Part shown: positions 10,540-19,186 of the stretch, piece after piece | Position numbering within the stretch: position 1 is the first letter of the stretch | Layout: every line of letters begins with the position of its first letter | Assembly (NCBI GenBank): GCA_017547655.1 | Contig: JAFYPF010000022.1 | Span: forward strand, 21,920 to 85,919 | Length of the DNA stretch: 64,000 nt | Direction of reading: 5' to 3' | From: Clostridia bacterium | GTDB taxonomy: Bacteria; Bacillota; Clostridia; Oscillospirales; CAG-272 | Notes under the pieces: model-generated | Databases searched by the model: none | What the model was told of the DNA's origin: nothing | The model's input: only the letters and a program-made list of their open reading frames with translations | Position numbers and translations under genes: made by a program

Positions 10540-11364
10540 ATGGACAGAGAAACGTATAATAATCCGAAAATGTCCAATGCCGAGATAGTTAACCGAGATA
10601 CACTCGAACGGTTAAAGGCTAAAAAACGGTATAAAACAATTTTTCGGCGTATAAATTATATATTACTCTCAATTGTGCTGTGCTTTATTTTCATAATAAT
10701 TTGTATGTCTCTCTTCTTGAAGATTGAGCATATTGAAGTAAAGGGAAACGAACGGTATACCAAAGAACAGTTGATTGAAGAAAGCGGAATTTCGGTTGGT
10801 CAAAACCTTTATGCGATTAACAAGAAAACCGCTAAAAGCTTTATAATTTCGGAATATCCTTACGTCAGTGACGTTGTTATCAGACGTAAGCTTCCTTCTA
10901 CCTTGAATTTTAAGATTTCTGAAGATAAGCCGAAATATTTTACAGAGATATGCGGAGAATATTATATTCTCTCGGATTCTCTGCGTGTTCTTGAGCGTAC
11001 CACCGAATTGCCTGTCAGTGAGGAAAATCCCATTACAAAAATAATGTTTTCGGAAATAAAAAGCGCTATCGTTGGTGAAACTATGACCTTTGTTAAGGAT
11101 ATTACCTTCGATTATATACACAACTTCATTCAGGCATTAAATGAACACGAAGCAAGTGAAAAGATTACGGCTATAAATCTGACTAAAAAATATAATATTT
11201 ATGTGACCTATGAAGACCGTTTTAAAATCTATCTCGGGGATAATACGGAAACGGGAATGAAGCTTACTTTTGCCGAGCTTATGATTAACACCTTTGACGT
11301 TTCTCAAAGGGGTGAGGTCGATGCTCACGATATTACTGTCGGTTCGGTAATTTTAGATAATTAA
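10540..11364 (+). CDS. ftsQ: Cell division protein FtsQ/DivIB (TM + POTRA)
   Basis: 274 aa with one TM (ILLSIVLCFIFIIICMSLFL) followed by a POTRA-like segment, IEHIEVKGNERYTKEQLIEESGI. It lies between murG and ftsZ. Confidence 0.75.
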   Translation: MDRETYNNPKMSNAEIVNRDTLERLKAKKRYKTIFRRINYILLSIVLCFIFIIICMSLFLKIEHIEVKGNERYTKEQLIEESGISVGQNLYAINKKTAKSFIISEYPYVSDVVIRRKLPSTLNFKISEDKPKYFTEICGEYYILSDSLRVLERTTELPVSEENPITKIMFSEIKSAIVGETMTFVKDITFDYIHNFIQALNEHEASEKITAINLTKKYNIYVTYEDRFKIYLGDNTETGMKLTFAELMINTFDVSQRGEVDAHDITVGSVILDN

Positions 11365-11539
11365 ACCATTTTTGAAAAAATATCACTTGTAAATGTAAAA
11401 TTATCGTGAACAATTTAAAAAGTTCTTGCTTATTTGATTGAATAGTATTATCATTATTTATATATCGGCAAAATTTTCGAGCCGAAAAAGTATAGTTTGT
11501 AAACAATAAGGATTTAATATATACAGGAGGAAGCAAAAA

Positions 11540-12694
11540 ATGGCATTTGAGTTTGAAGAAGCAAACAACAACGGCGTTATTATTAAAGTTGTAGGTGTCG
11601 GCGGCGGCGGTACAAATGCTGTAAACCGCATGATCGAAGCAGGCGTAAGAGGCGTAGAATTTATTGCAGTTAATACAGATAAGCAGTCCCTTGAAAAGTC
11701 GGGCGCAACACATAAAATTTCTATTGGTGAAAAGCTTACAAAGGGTAGAGGCGCTGGCGCTAATCCCGATGTTGGTTTCAGAGCCGCTGAAGAAAGCGCT
11801 GAAGAAATCAAGAATCTTCTCATTGGTACTGATATGGTATTTATTACCACCGGTATGGGTGGCGGAACAGGGACAGGCGCTGCTCCCGTAGTTGCAAAAA
11901 TTGCAAAGGATATGGGTATACTTACTGTAGGTATTGTTACCAAGCCTTTCCTTTTCGAAGGTAAGAAGAGAATGGAACTTGCTGAAGAAGGTATTAAGAA
12001 GTTGGGCGAGTGCGTTGACTCTCTCGTTGTTATCCCCAACGAAAGACTTAAGCAGGTATCCGAAACAAGAATTACTCTTCTCAATGCGTTCGTTATCGCT
12101 GATGACGTTTTGAGACAGGGTGTTCAGAGTATTTCCGAGCTTATTAACGTAACAGGTGTAATTAACCTTGACTTTGCTGACGTAACTGCTATTATGTCTA
12201 ACGCAGGCAACGCTCACATGGGTGTTGGTCAGGCTACAGGTAAGGATAAGGCTGAACAGGCTGCTATGATGGCTATTTCCAGTCCCTTGCTTGAAACATC
12301 TATTAAGGGTGCAAGAGGTATTATCGTTAACTTTACTGCATCTCCCGACATCGGTCTTGATGAGGTTGATGCTGCTGCAACGATGATTCAGAGAGAAGCT
12401 CATCCCGATGCACAGATTATCTGGGGTGCTGCATTTGACAGCAACCTTGAAGATGCAATGAAGGTTACAGTTATTGCTACAGGTTTTGAATCTGCAAAGA
12501 GAGGCGCAGCTAAAGAGACTGATAAAACAGTTGAAGGAAAGAGTGAAGCTGCTTTTACCGCAGAGCAGAATGATGATAATTCCGGTATCTTCAAGAACGA
12601 ATACGTTGACGCAAATGCGGAAGCTGAACCTACGGGCGACGTTATTTCCGACAGCGATTTCAATGATATTCTTACTCTCTTTAATAAGAACTGA
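11540..12694 (+). CDS. ftsZ: Cell division GTPase FtsZ
   Basis: 384 aa with [13 protein letters not shown], the tubulin signature [11 protein letters not shown], and an acidic linker ending in the C-terminal peptide [11 protein letters not shown]. Confidence 0.97.
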   Translation: MAFEFEEANNNGVIIKVVGVGGGGTNAVNRMIEAGVRGVEFIAVNTDKQSLEKSGATHKISIGEKLTKGRGAGANPDVGFRAAEESAEEIKNLLIGTDMVFITTGMGGGTGTGAAPVVAKIAKDMGILTVGIVTKPFLFEGKKRMELAEEGIKKLGECVDSLVVIPNERLKQVSETRITLLNAFVIADDVLRQGVQSISELINVTGVINLDFADVTAIMSNAGNAHMGVGQATGKDKAEQAAMMAISSPLLETSIKGARGIIVNFTASPDIGLDEVDAAATMIQREAHPDAQIIWGAAFDSNLEDAMKVTVIATGFESAKRGAAKETDKTVEGKSEAAFTAEQNDDNSGIFKNEYVDANAEAEPTGDVISDSDFNDILTLFNKN

Positions 12695-12715
12695 TTTGAA
12701 TAATTGACTTTTTAA

Positions 12716-12752
12716 AAAAGCCTATGTGATTTTAGTCGCATAGGTTTTTTTG
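12716..12752 (+). terminator. Rho-independent terminator after ftsZ
   Basis: The stem is AAGCCTATGTGA/TCGCATAGGTTT (two G-T wobble pairs), followed by a 7-T run. Confidence 0.8.
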
Positions 12753-12838
12753 TTTTTTATACTGATTTTATCCTTAAAAAAATCACATTTTTGTCTTTTG
12801 TTTCATATAATATTAAAAAAGAACACAGGGGTGAAAAT

Positions 12839-13168
12839 ATGGATAATATACAAAATACGGATAATACGGATGTTGGTTTTTTGACTGTTAACGTAAGATA
12901 TGCAAACGGCGCTTCTCCGATTGGAAACAGCCGAATTGTTTTAAGTAAAAATGGTGTGGTGCTCTACGAATATCTAACAGATTTAAGCGGAAAAACCGAG
13001 CCTATACCTTTGGATGTCGGCGATGACTACAGTATCAAGGCTTTTGCAAGTGGGTTTGTGGAGGCGGAATATGAGGCTATACCCATTGTTAAGGATATTT
13101 TAACTCTGCAAAACGTGAATATGTTTCCCATTCCGCCCGCTATGAAGGAGGCGTATAATGAACAGTGA
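12839..13168 (+). CDS. Small protein with a carboxypeptidase-regulatory-like (beta-sandwich) domain; function unknown
   Basis: The pattern GFLTVNVRYANGASPIGNSRIVL...TDLSGKTEPIPL..DDYSIKAFASGF is typical of CarboxypepD_reg folds. I chose the ATG at 12839 after AGGGGTG; the ORF opens at 12791. It overlaps the next gene by 11 nt. Confidence 0.45.
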   Translation: MDNIQNTDNTDVGFLTVNVRYANGASPIGNSRIVLSKNGVVLYEYLTDLSGKTEPIPLDVGDDYSIKAFASGFVEAEYEAIPIVKDILTLQNVNMFPIPPAMKEAYNEQ

Positions 13169-14537
13169 GTATGGGTTACCTGGAGTTCCCGCCTATATAA
13201 CGGTGCATTTGGGCAAAGCCGATGAGATTGCCGAAAATGTTACCGTTTCTTTTCCCGATTACATAAAGTCGGTCGCCTCAACAACTCTTCCTCCCGATAT
13301 TCCCGAAGAGGCGCTTTGCGCTGTTATGTATGCGCAAATCAGCAGAGCACTTTACAGAATATCCGAAAGAATATACAGAAAAATGGGGTACGGTTTTGAT
13401 ATAACCGACAACCCTGATACAGATTTGGCTTTTGAATATAACGGCGCTGTCTTTTCAAACGTTAATGAAATTGCCGACAGAATTTTTAATGAATATATTG
13501 CGGGGGATTTTGGCATTTGGCCTTTAAATGCCGAAATATGTTATAACGGTGTTACATGTCGGGGAATTTCGGTCGAGGGCAGTATAGCTATGGCTGAAAA
13601 CGGCAGAACTTGTGAGGAAATATTGGAATATTATTTTGGGAGAAAATTTGGCATAGTAAGAAACGCTACTGTCAGAGGACTTCAAAATTTTTTTCTTTTT
13701 AATTATCCGATGTACCAAGGGCAAACCGGCTCCGACGTAAGCGGTCTGCAGATCGCTCTAAACAGAATTGCTGCTAATTATGAGGAAATGCCATATATAA
13801 AAACGGCAGACGGAGTATATGGCGAAGATACGGTGATGGCTGTATCGAAGTTTCAGAGAATATTTGACCTCCCAATTTCCGGAAACGTTGAAAAAAATAC
13901 ATACTACAAGCTCTTATACGTTTTTGATTCTATCTATAAGCTAAACTATTTGGCACTTCAAATGGTCGAGTTTTCTGATATTCCGACTGAACCTCCGACA
14001 AAGCTCAAGTATGGGGATGTCGGAAATCAAGTGAAGTTATTACAGTACTATCTGAATTTCATTTCTGCATTTGAGCCTAGTATACCGCCATTACAGATTG
14101 TGGGGGTATTTGGTGAAAAAACCTACCGTTCTGTAGTTTCATTTCAAGAAATGTTTGGTTTTGAGCCTGATGGTGTAGTGACAGAGCCGTTGTGGCGGGT
14201 GTTGGTTGACGTGTATTACGGCTTATACTCATCACTTCCGCATAGTGTTTTTTCGGAAACTGCACGTCCTTATGGCGGTAATATATTGGTTTCGGGAAGT
14301 GTGGGGATTGATGTGAGGTATTTGCAGAAATATCTTGCTAAAGTGGCTGAAATAAATCGGAGACTTCCCGAAATATCTTTAAATGGGAAGTTTGATGAAC
14401 AAACTGAAAATGCGGTTAGGGTATTTCAGCAAATTTTTCGAATTAAAGAAAGCGGTGTTGTAACCTCGACAACCTGGAATCTTTTGTCGGAAGTCTATAA
14501 CGCTATCGTTGCGGGTGAACAAAGGGAAGAGGATTAG
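13158..14537 (+). CDS. Peptidoglycan-binding protein: three PG_binding_1 repeats plus an N-terminal segment resembling the start of the SpoIID/LytB domain
   Basis: 459 aa. There are three repeats of the type G..G.DV..LQ..LN.......DG.FG..T..AV..FQ (for example GQTGSDVSGLQIALNRI...DGVYGEDTVMAVSKFQ). The N-terminal segment is ITVHLGK...FPDYIKSVASTTLPPDIPEEAL. Confidence 0.6.
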   Translation: MNSEYGLPGVPAYITVHLGKADEIAENVTVSFPDYIKSVASTTLPPDIPEEALCAVMYAQISRALYRISERIYRKMGYGFDITDNPDTDLAFEYNGAVFSNVNEIADRIFNEYIAGDFGIWPLNAEICYNGVTCRGISVEGSIAMAENGRTCEEILEYYFGRKFGIVRNATVRGLQNFFLFNYPMYQGQTGSDVSGLQIALNRIAANYEEMPYIKTADGVYGEDTVMAVSKFQRIFDLPISGNVEKNTYYKLLYVFDSIYKLNYLALQMVEFSDIPTEPPTKLKYGDVGNQVKLLQYYLNFISAFEPSIPPLQIVGVFGEKTYRSVVSFQEMFGFEPDGVVTEPLWRVLVDVYYGLYSSLPHSVFSETARPYGGNILVSGSVGIDVRYLQKYLAKVAEINRRLPEISLNGKFDEQTENAVRVFQQIFRIKESGVVTSTTWNLLSEVYNAIVAGEQREED

Positions 14538-14555
14538 CCTTAAATTAAATATCGG

Positions 14556-14584
14556 TTGACATAGAATAATAAAAAGTGTATAAT
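14556..14584 (+). promoter_or_regulatory. Consensus promoter TTGACA-17-TATAAT upstream of the NusG-II/Gx/apbE genes
   Basis: The hexamers are at 14556-14561 and 14579-14584. Confidence 0.7.
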
Positions 14585-14617
14585 TCTTCTTGTAAATGCG
14601 TTTTTTGAGGGTGTTAC

Positions 14618-14986
14618 ATGAAGAAGCTTAAAATAGGCGATATTATTCTTATTTCTATAATACTGTTTATAACGGCGTGGGTTTTTGGCTTACGCCTTTT
14701 TGGTTTTGATGACGGGAAATCGGTTGTCGTTACAATCGGAGATGTCGAACGGGTTTACACTCTTTCCGAAAACACGAGCTTTGATATTGAAAATAACGGT
14801 ATTAGTCTTACCGTTGTAATTGAAAATGGTTATGTTTTCGTGGGTAATTCAAACTGCCCCGAGCAGGTTTGCGCTGAATACGGGAAAATATCTCGTATCG
14901 GTCAGTCTATAGCTTGTGTTCCTGCGCATCTGTTTATAAAAATAATAGGGGAGGGTGATGGCGGTTATGATCTTATCGTCGGCTAA
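14618..14986 (+). CDS. NusG domain II-containing membrane-anchored protein
   Basis: 122 aa with an N-terminal TM and a conserved CPEQVC...GQSIACVPAHLFIKI tail. It sits in the usual pairing with a Gx/Hpre_diP_synt_I gene. Confidence 0.7.
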   Translation: MKKLKIGDIILISIILFITAWVFGLRLFGFDDGKSVVVTIGDVERVYTLSENTSFDIENNGISLTVVIENGYVFVGNSNCPEQVCAEYGKISRIGQSIACVPAHLFIKIIGEGDGGYDLIVG

Positions 14987-15479
14987 AAGGGCGGCGTACG
15001 GCGGTTTTTTTACTGCCGCAGCTTTAATATTTTCCTACGCTGAATTGCTTATACCTCTCAATAACTTTATTGCCGTTCCGGGATTTAAGCTTGGCCTTGC
15101 AAATATCTGTATTATGCTTGCGTTCTATTATCTCGGCACGTTGGATGCGTTTTTGATAACCTTGGCAAAAATAGCTTTGACAGCCCTTCTTTTCGGTACG
15201 CCTATTTCATTTTTATTTTCACTCGGCGGCGGATTACTTGCCTTTGGTTTTTTGCTTGCTTCAAAATACGTCTTTAAACAAAATATAAGCTTTATAGGAA
15301 TTTCTGTTGGGTGCGCCGCTATGCATAACGTAGGGCAGATTTGTGTCGCTGTGTTGTTTTTTAAAGACAGCGCTATATTTTGGTATCTTGAGTGGCTGCT
15401 TCCCGTTTCGGTCGTTACGGGTGTGATAACGGGACTTTTGGCTGTTTCATTTAGTAAAATTGCGGAGAAAAAACAATGA
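14955..15479 (+). CDS. Gx transporter family protein (heptaprenyl diphosphate synthase component I-like membrane protein)
   Basis: About 170 aa with 5 predicted TM helices. It overlaps the previous gene; ATG 14958 or ATG 14967 are alternative starts after GGGGAGGG. It overlaps the apbE start by 4 nt. Confidence 0.65.
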   Translation: MMAVMILSSAKRAAYGGFFTAAALIFSYAELLIPLNNFIAVPGFKLGLANICIMLAFYYLGTLDAFLITLAKIALTALLFGTPISFLFSLGGGLLAFGFLLASKYVFKQNISFIGISVGCAAMHNVGQICVAVLFFKDSAIFWYLEWLLPVSVVTGVITGLLAVSFSKIAEKKQ

Positions 15480-16441
15480 AAAGATCAATTCTTCTTGTGG
15501 CTATAAGTCTTTTTATATGTATGCTCTTTACCTCTTGCGGAAGAGCATACAAGGAAGAGTCGTTTTTTTGTATGGATACGGTTGCGACTGTTAAGGTTGA
15601 TACGTCTGATGTCAATATAATAAATAGGTGCCGTGAGCTTTTGGATAATTTGGATAAGGAGCTTTCAAGGCATAATATCAACGGGAAAACGGCTGAATTT
15701 AATGCTTCTCTAAAAGGCGGAGAGCTTTCTGAAAATATACTTGAGCTTATTTATATATCGCAGAATATTACCAAGCAGACGGACGGAACTTTTTCCGTAT
15801 TCTCGGGTGCGCTTACTTCTCTTTGGAGTGAAGCGGCCGTATATCCCTCATCCGAGAAAATAAAAAATGCCGTCGACTCTATAGACTTTGAACCTAAAAT
15901 TAACGGAAATATTCTTGAAAAAAACAATGCGGATACTAAATTAGAGTTTGGCGGTATCGCAAAGGGGTATGCTTGTGATAAAGCAATTGAATTATTAAAA
16001 AATGACGGTGTATCTTCGGGAATGGTTTCATTTTCGAGCAGTATCGGAGTAATTGGCAAAAATCCCGACGGAAATTCGTGGCGTATAGCTGTAAAAAATC
16101 CAATTGATACTGATAAAATATTGGGGTATATATCATTGGAAGACGGATTTCTTTCCGTTTCGGGCGATTATGAACGGCATTATGAAATAGACGGCGAGAA
16201 ATACAACCATATTATTGATATAAAAAGCGGTCTTCCCGTAAACCATGGTATTCACAGCGTTGTCGTTGTCGCAAAATCAGGAGCTTTGTGCGATGCATTG
16301 TCTACTGCATTTTTTGTAATGGGCGAAGAGGCGGTAGCCGAAAAATATGCCGACAGCCTTTCTGTACAATATCTTATCGTAAGCGATAATGGTATTTTTA
16401 TTAACGAGTCAATGAAAAAAATATACACTAAAGCAGAGTAA
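15476..16441 (+). CDS. apbE: FAD:protein FMN transferase ApbE, lipoprotein
   Basis: 321 aa with a lipobox (LFTSCG) and the GGIAKGYA motif. The family layout overall looks ApbE-like. Confidence 0.88.
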   Translation: MKRSILLVAISLFICMLFTSCGRAYKEESFFCMDTVATVKVDTSDVNIINRCRELLDNLDKELSRHNINGKTAEFNASLKGGELSENILELIYISQNITKQTDGTFSVFSGALTSLWSEAAVYPSSEKIKNAVDSIDFEPKINGNILEKNNADTKLEFGGIAKGYACDKAIELLKNDGVSSGMVSFSSSIGVIGKNPDGNSWRIAVKNPIDTDKILGYISLEDGFLSVSGDYERHYEIDGEKYNHIIDIKSGLPVNHGIHSVVVVAKSGALCDALSTAFFVMGEEAVAEKYADSLSVQYLIVSDNGIFINESMKKIYTKAE

Positions 16442-16504
16442 TTATATATTAGCCGAATGGATCCCCACGTTTTTTTATATAATATAAAAAAGGGGGATTT
16501 TTCT

Positions 16505-17587
16505 ATGGATTTTTTACCTAAAGAAAAATACAAGAAAATACTTGTGCTTTCTTTTTATATCTTTGTTGGCGGACTTTTGGTTTTTTTGTTTTTTAAATAT
16601 TTGCTTAAGCTCTTTCTGCCCTTTATCGTGGCTTGGATAGTAGCTTTGTGTATTCGCCCTCTTGCAGAAATTTTACACAACAGAACTCATATATCAAAAA
16701 AGGTTATAAGTATTTTCCTTGTCGTTCTTTTGCTTTTCATTATCGGAGCTTTTTTGTTTTTTGTTATTGATAAGCTTCTTTTTGAATTTCGTGGAATAGT
16801 GCAATACGTAAATAAAAATTCTGAATTATGGATTAGCGACATCTTGAAATACGTAAATACAGTACTTGCAAAGATTCCTTTTTTGAAGACTTTCGGAAGT
16901 GAAGAAGAAATGTTAAACAGCTTTGGCGGCGTTGCAAAAAATATTCTTACCGATGCATCGGCAAACGTGCCCGAAATGCTTACGAGGGTTATAACTATAT
17001 TGCCCAATCTTCTTTTTGTTTCTCTCGTTTTGATAATGGCATCATATTATTTTTGCGCCGATTATGAGGAAATCAATTCGTATATATTTTCAAGATTTTC
17101 CGATAAGACCAAACATAATATTTCTCGTATTCGTGTTAAACTGAAACAAGCGGCTTTGCGAGTGTTGAAAGGATATCTTTTGACTATTGGTATAACATTT
17201 CTGCAGCTTTATGCGGGATTTTTGATACTAAAAACGGAGTATGCCTTTACCTTGGCGTTGATTGTGGCTGTGGTTGATATTCTGCCCGTAATAGGTGTGG
17301 GTACGGTTCTTGTTCCTTGGGGGATTGTAAAAATTTTGTCGGGAGGATATTATCAGGGGTTTGGTTTGCTTATAATTTTTGCTGTGGTTAGTGTCGTGCG
17401 TGAGATACTTGAGCCTAAAATTATTGGCAAAAGCATAGGATTGCACCCGTTAATGACTCTTTTGTCTATGTATATCGGTCTTGAGTTATGCGGCTTTTTA
17501 GGTCTTATTTCATTTCCTGTATTGGTTATTGTTTTAAAAACGCTTTTTCTTGAGGGGGAGCATGGGATATGTTCTGAAAAAACTTGA
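16505..17587 (+). CDS. AI-2E/PerM family permease, YtvI-like
   Basis: About 360 aa, polytopic, with a conserved VDILPVIGVGTVLVPW segment. I chose the ATG at 16505, 9 nt after AGGGGGA; the ORF opens at 16457. Confidence 0.8.
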   Translation: MDFLPKEKYKKILVLSFYIFVGGLLVFLFFKYLLKLFLPFIVAWIVALCIRPLAEILHNRTHISKKVISIFLVVLLLFIIGAFLFFVIDKLLFEFRGIVQYVNKNSELWISDILKYVNTVLAKIPFLKTFGSEEEMLNSFGGVAKNILTDASANVPEMLTRVITILPNLLFVSLVLIMASYYFCADYEEINSYIFSRFSDKTKHNISRIRVKLKQAALRVLKGYLLTIGITFLQLYAGFLILKTEYAFTLALIVAVVDILPVIGVGTVLVPWGIVKILSGGYYQGFGLLIIFAVVSVVREILEPKIIGKSIGLHPLMTLLSMYIGLELCGFLGLISFPVLVIVLKTLFLEGEHGICSEKT

Positions 17588-17613
17588 CACATATTTATAT
17601 ATGGGTGTATAAT
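17584..17613 (+). promoter_or_regulatory. metF-metH operon promoter (TTGACA-18-TATAAT)
   Basis: The hexamers are at 17584-17589 and 17608-17613. The -35 overlaps the stop codon of the upstream permease gene. Confidence 0.6.
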
Positions 17614-17648
17614 TATCTTATTAACTGTTTTTTTGAAGGTGATTATCT

Positions 17649-18527
17649 ATGAAAATTATTGATTTGCTTAATCAAGATACTCTTTCCATTTCGTATGAGG
17701 TGTTTCCCCCAAAAACGGAAACAAGCTTTGAAAGTGTAAAGGTTGCAACCGAGGAAATTGCAAAGCTTAATCCGTCGTTTATGAGTGTTACATACGGCGC
17801 AGGGGGCGGAACAAGCAAGTATACTCTTGATATTGCAAAAAATATAAAGAAAATCTATAACGTGCCTACTTTAGCTCACCTTACTTGCGTGTCTTCTACA
17901 AAGGAAACGGTTAAGCAAAGAATTGCCGATATAAAGGGAGCGGGAATTACTAACGTTATGGCTCTTAGGGGGGATATACCCGCAGAGCTTGAAAATGCCG
18001 ACAGAAGTAATTGGGATTATAAATATGCTATTGACCTTGTTCGTGAATTAAAGGCGGCTGATAAGGATTTTTGTATCGGCGGCGCTTGTTATCCTGAAAT
18101 TCACCCCGAAAGTGAAGACCAAAAAACAGATATCAGATACCTGAAAGAAAAGGTTGATGCCGGTTGCGATTTTCTGACTACGCAGATGTTTTTTGATAAT
18201 AATTTGCTATATAATTTTCTATATAAAATTCGTGAAGCGGGGATAACTGTTCCCGTCGTTCCCGGTATTATGCCTATTACGAATGCGAAACAGGTTGAAA
18301 GGTCAATAAAGCTCTCGGGGTCGTTTATGCCACAGCGCTTCAAAAGCCTTGTGGACAAGTTCGGACACGATCCGTTGGCTATGAAACAGGCGGGAATAGC
18401 TTATGCCACCGACCAAATTATCGACCTCTATGCAAACGGAATTACGCATATTCACGTGTATTCGATGAATAAACCCGACGTCGCAGAAAAAATACAGAGT
18501 AATCTGTCGGATATTTTGGGTAAATGA
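17649..18527 (+). CDS. metF: Methylenetetrahydrofolate reductase MetF
   Basis: 292 aa with SYEVFPPKT, SVTYGAGGGT and ALRGD motifs. It is followed by the metH genes. Confidence 0.9.
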   Translation: MKIIDLLNQDTLSISYEVFPPKTETSFESVKVATEEIAKLNPSFMSVTYGAGGGTSKYTLDIAKNIKKIYNVPTLAHLTCVSSTKETVKQRIADIKGAGITNVMALRGDIPAELENADRSNWDYKYAIDLVRELKAADKDFCIGGACYPEIHPESEDQKTDIRYLKEKVDAGCDFLTTQMFFDNNLLYNFLYKIREAGITVPVVPGIMPITNAKQVERSIKLSGSFMPQRFKSLVDKFGHDPLAMKQAGIAYATDQIIDLYANGITHIHVYSMNKPDVAEKIQSNLSDILGK

Positions 18528-19186
18528 GTATAGTTTTAACTAAAAGCTTTAAAGAACCGCCATTTTGCAAAAAAGAAATATTGCGTTATGCGGGGTGCAA
18601 AACTATCGATTCAAATATCGAGGAGCTATTAAACAGTTGTATAAAAGAAGCAGAAAAGCGTTTTACATATAAAGTGTGTTACACGCAACTTGATTTGAAT
18701 ATATCCGATGACGTTTGCGATTTTGGGTTGTTTTCCGTTAAGTCGGAGGGGCTTGCCGCAAACTTAAGAAATTGCAAAAAAGCAATATTATGCGGTGCGA
18801 CAGTTGGAGTCGAAATCGACAGATTTATAAGCAAATACAGCCGAATATCGCCCTCTAAAGCTATTATGTTTCAGGCTATAGGTACTGAAAGAATCGAAAA
18901 ATTATGCGATGCCTTTTGCGATGATTTTGAAAAAGAAAATGGTGTTTTCTTGAAGCCGAGATTCAGTCCGGGTTATTCCGACCTTTCTTTGACGACTCAA
19001 AAAGAACTTTTCAGAATACTCGATTGTCCGAAAAATATCGGGGTTTCATTGAGTGACAATATGCTTATGTCTCCGTCAAAAGCGGTTACATTCTTTTGCG
19101 GTATTACAGATTCGACGGATAAAGTTGTTTTAAATAAATGCAGTCATTGTTCAAAACATGACTGCCAATTCAGAGGTAAAATATGA
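18524..19186 (+). CDS. Stand-alone vitamin-B12-dependent methionine synthase activation (AdoMet-binding) domain protein
   Basis: 220 aa with an RFSPGYSDL motif typical of the MetH reactivation module. It is overlapped at both ends (4 nt each) by metF and metH. Confidence 0.75.
   Translation: MSIVLTKSFKEPPFCKKEILRYAGCKTIDSNIEELLNSCIKEAEKRFTYKVCYTQLDLNISDDVCDFGLFSVKSEGLAANLRNCKKAILCGATVGVEIDRFISKYSRISPSKAIMFQAIGTERIEKLCDAFCDDFEKENGVFLKPRFSPGYSDLSLTTQKELFRILDCPKNIGVSLSDNMLMSPSKAVTFFCGITDSTDKVVLNKCSHCSKHDCQFRGKI

Noticed and set aside
11333-12403. A 356-aa ORF antisense to ftsZ, plus a 208-aa ORF at 11458-12084.
   Set aside because: Both lie entirely inside the very well supported ftsZ frame. 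Their composition is Cys/Ser/Asn-rich and low-complexity, and they have no RBS. This is the typical stop-poor antisense frame of a highly codon-biased gene.
17590-17648. A SAM, B12 or T-box leader upstream of metF.
   Set aside because: The distance from the -10 to the RBS is about 30 nt, far too short for any of these elements.
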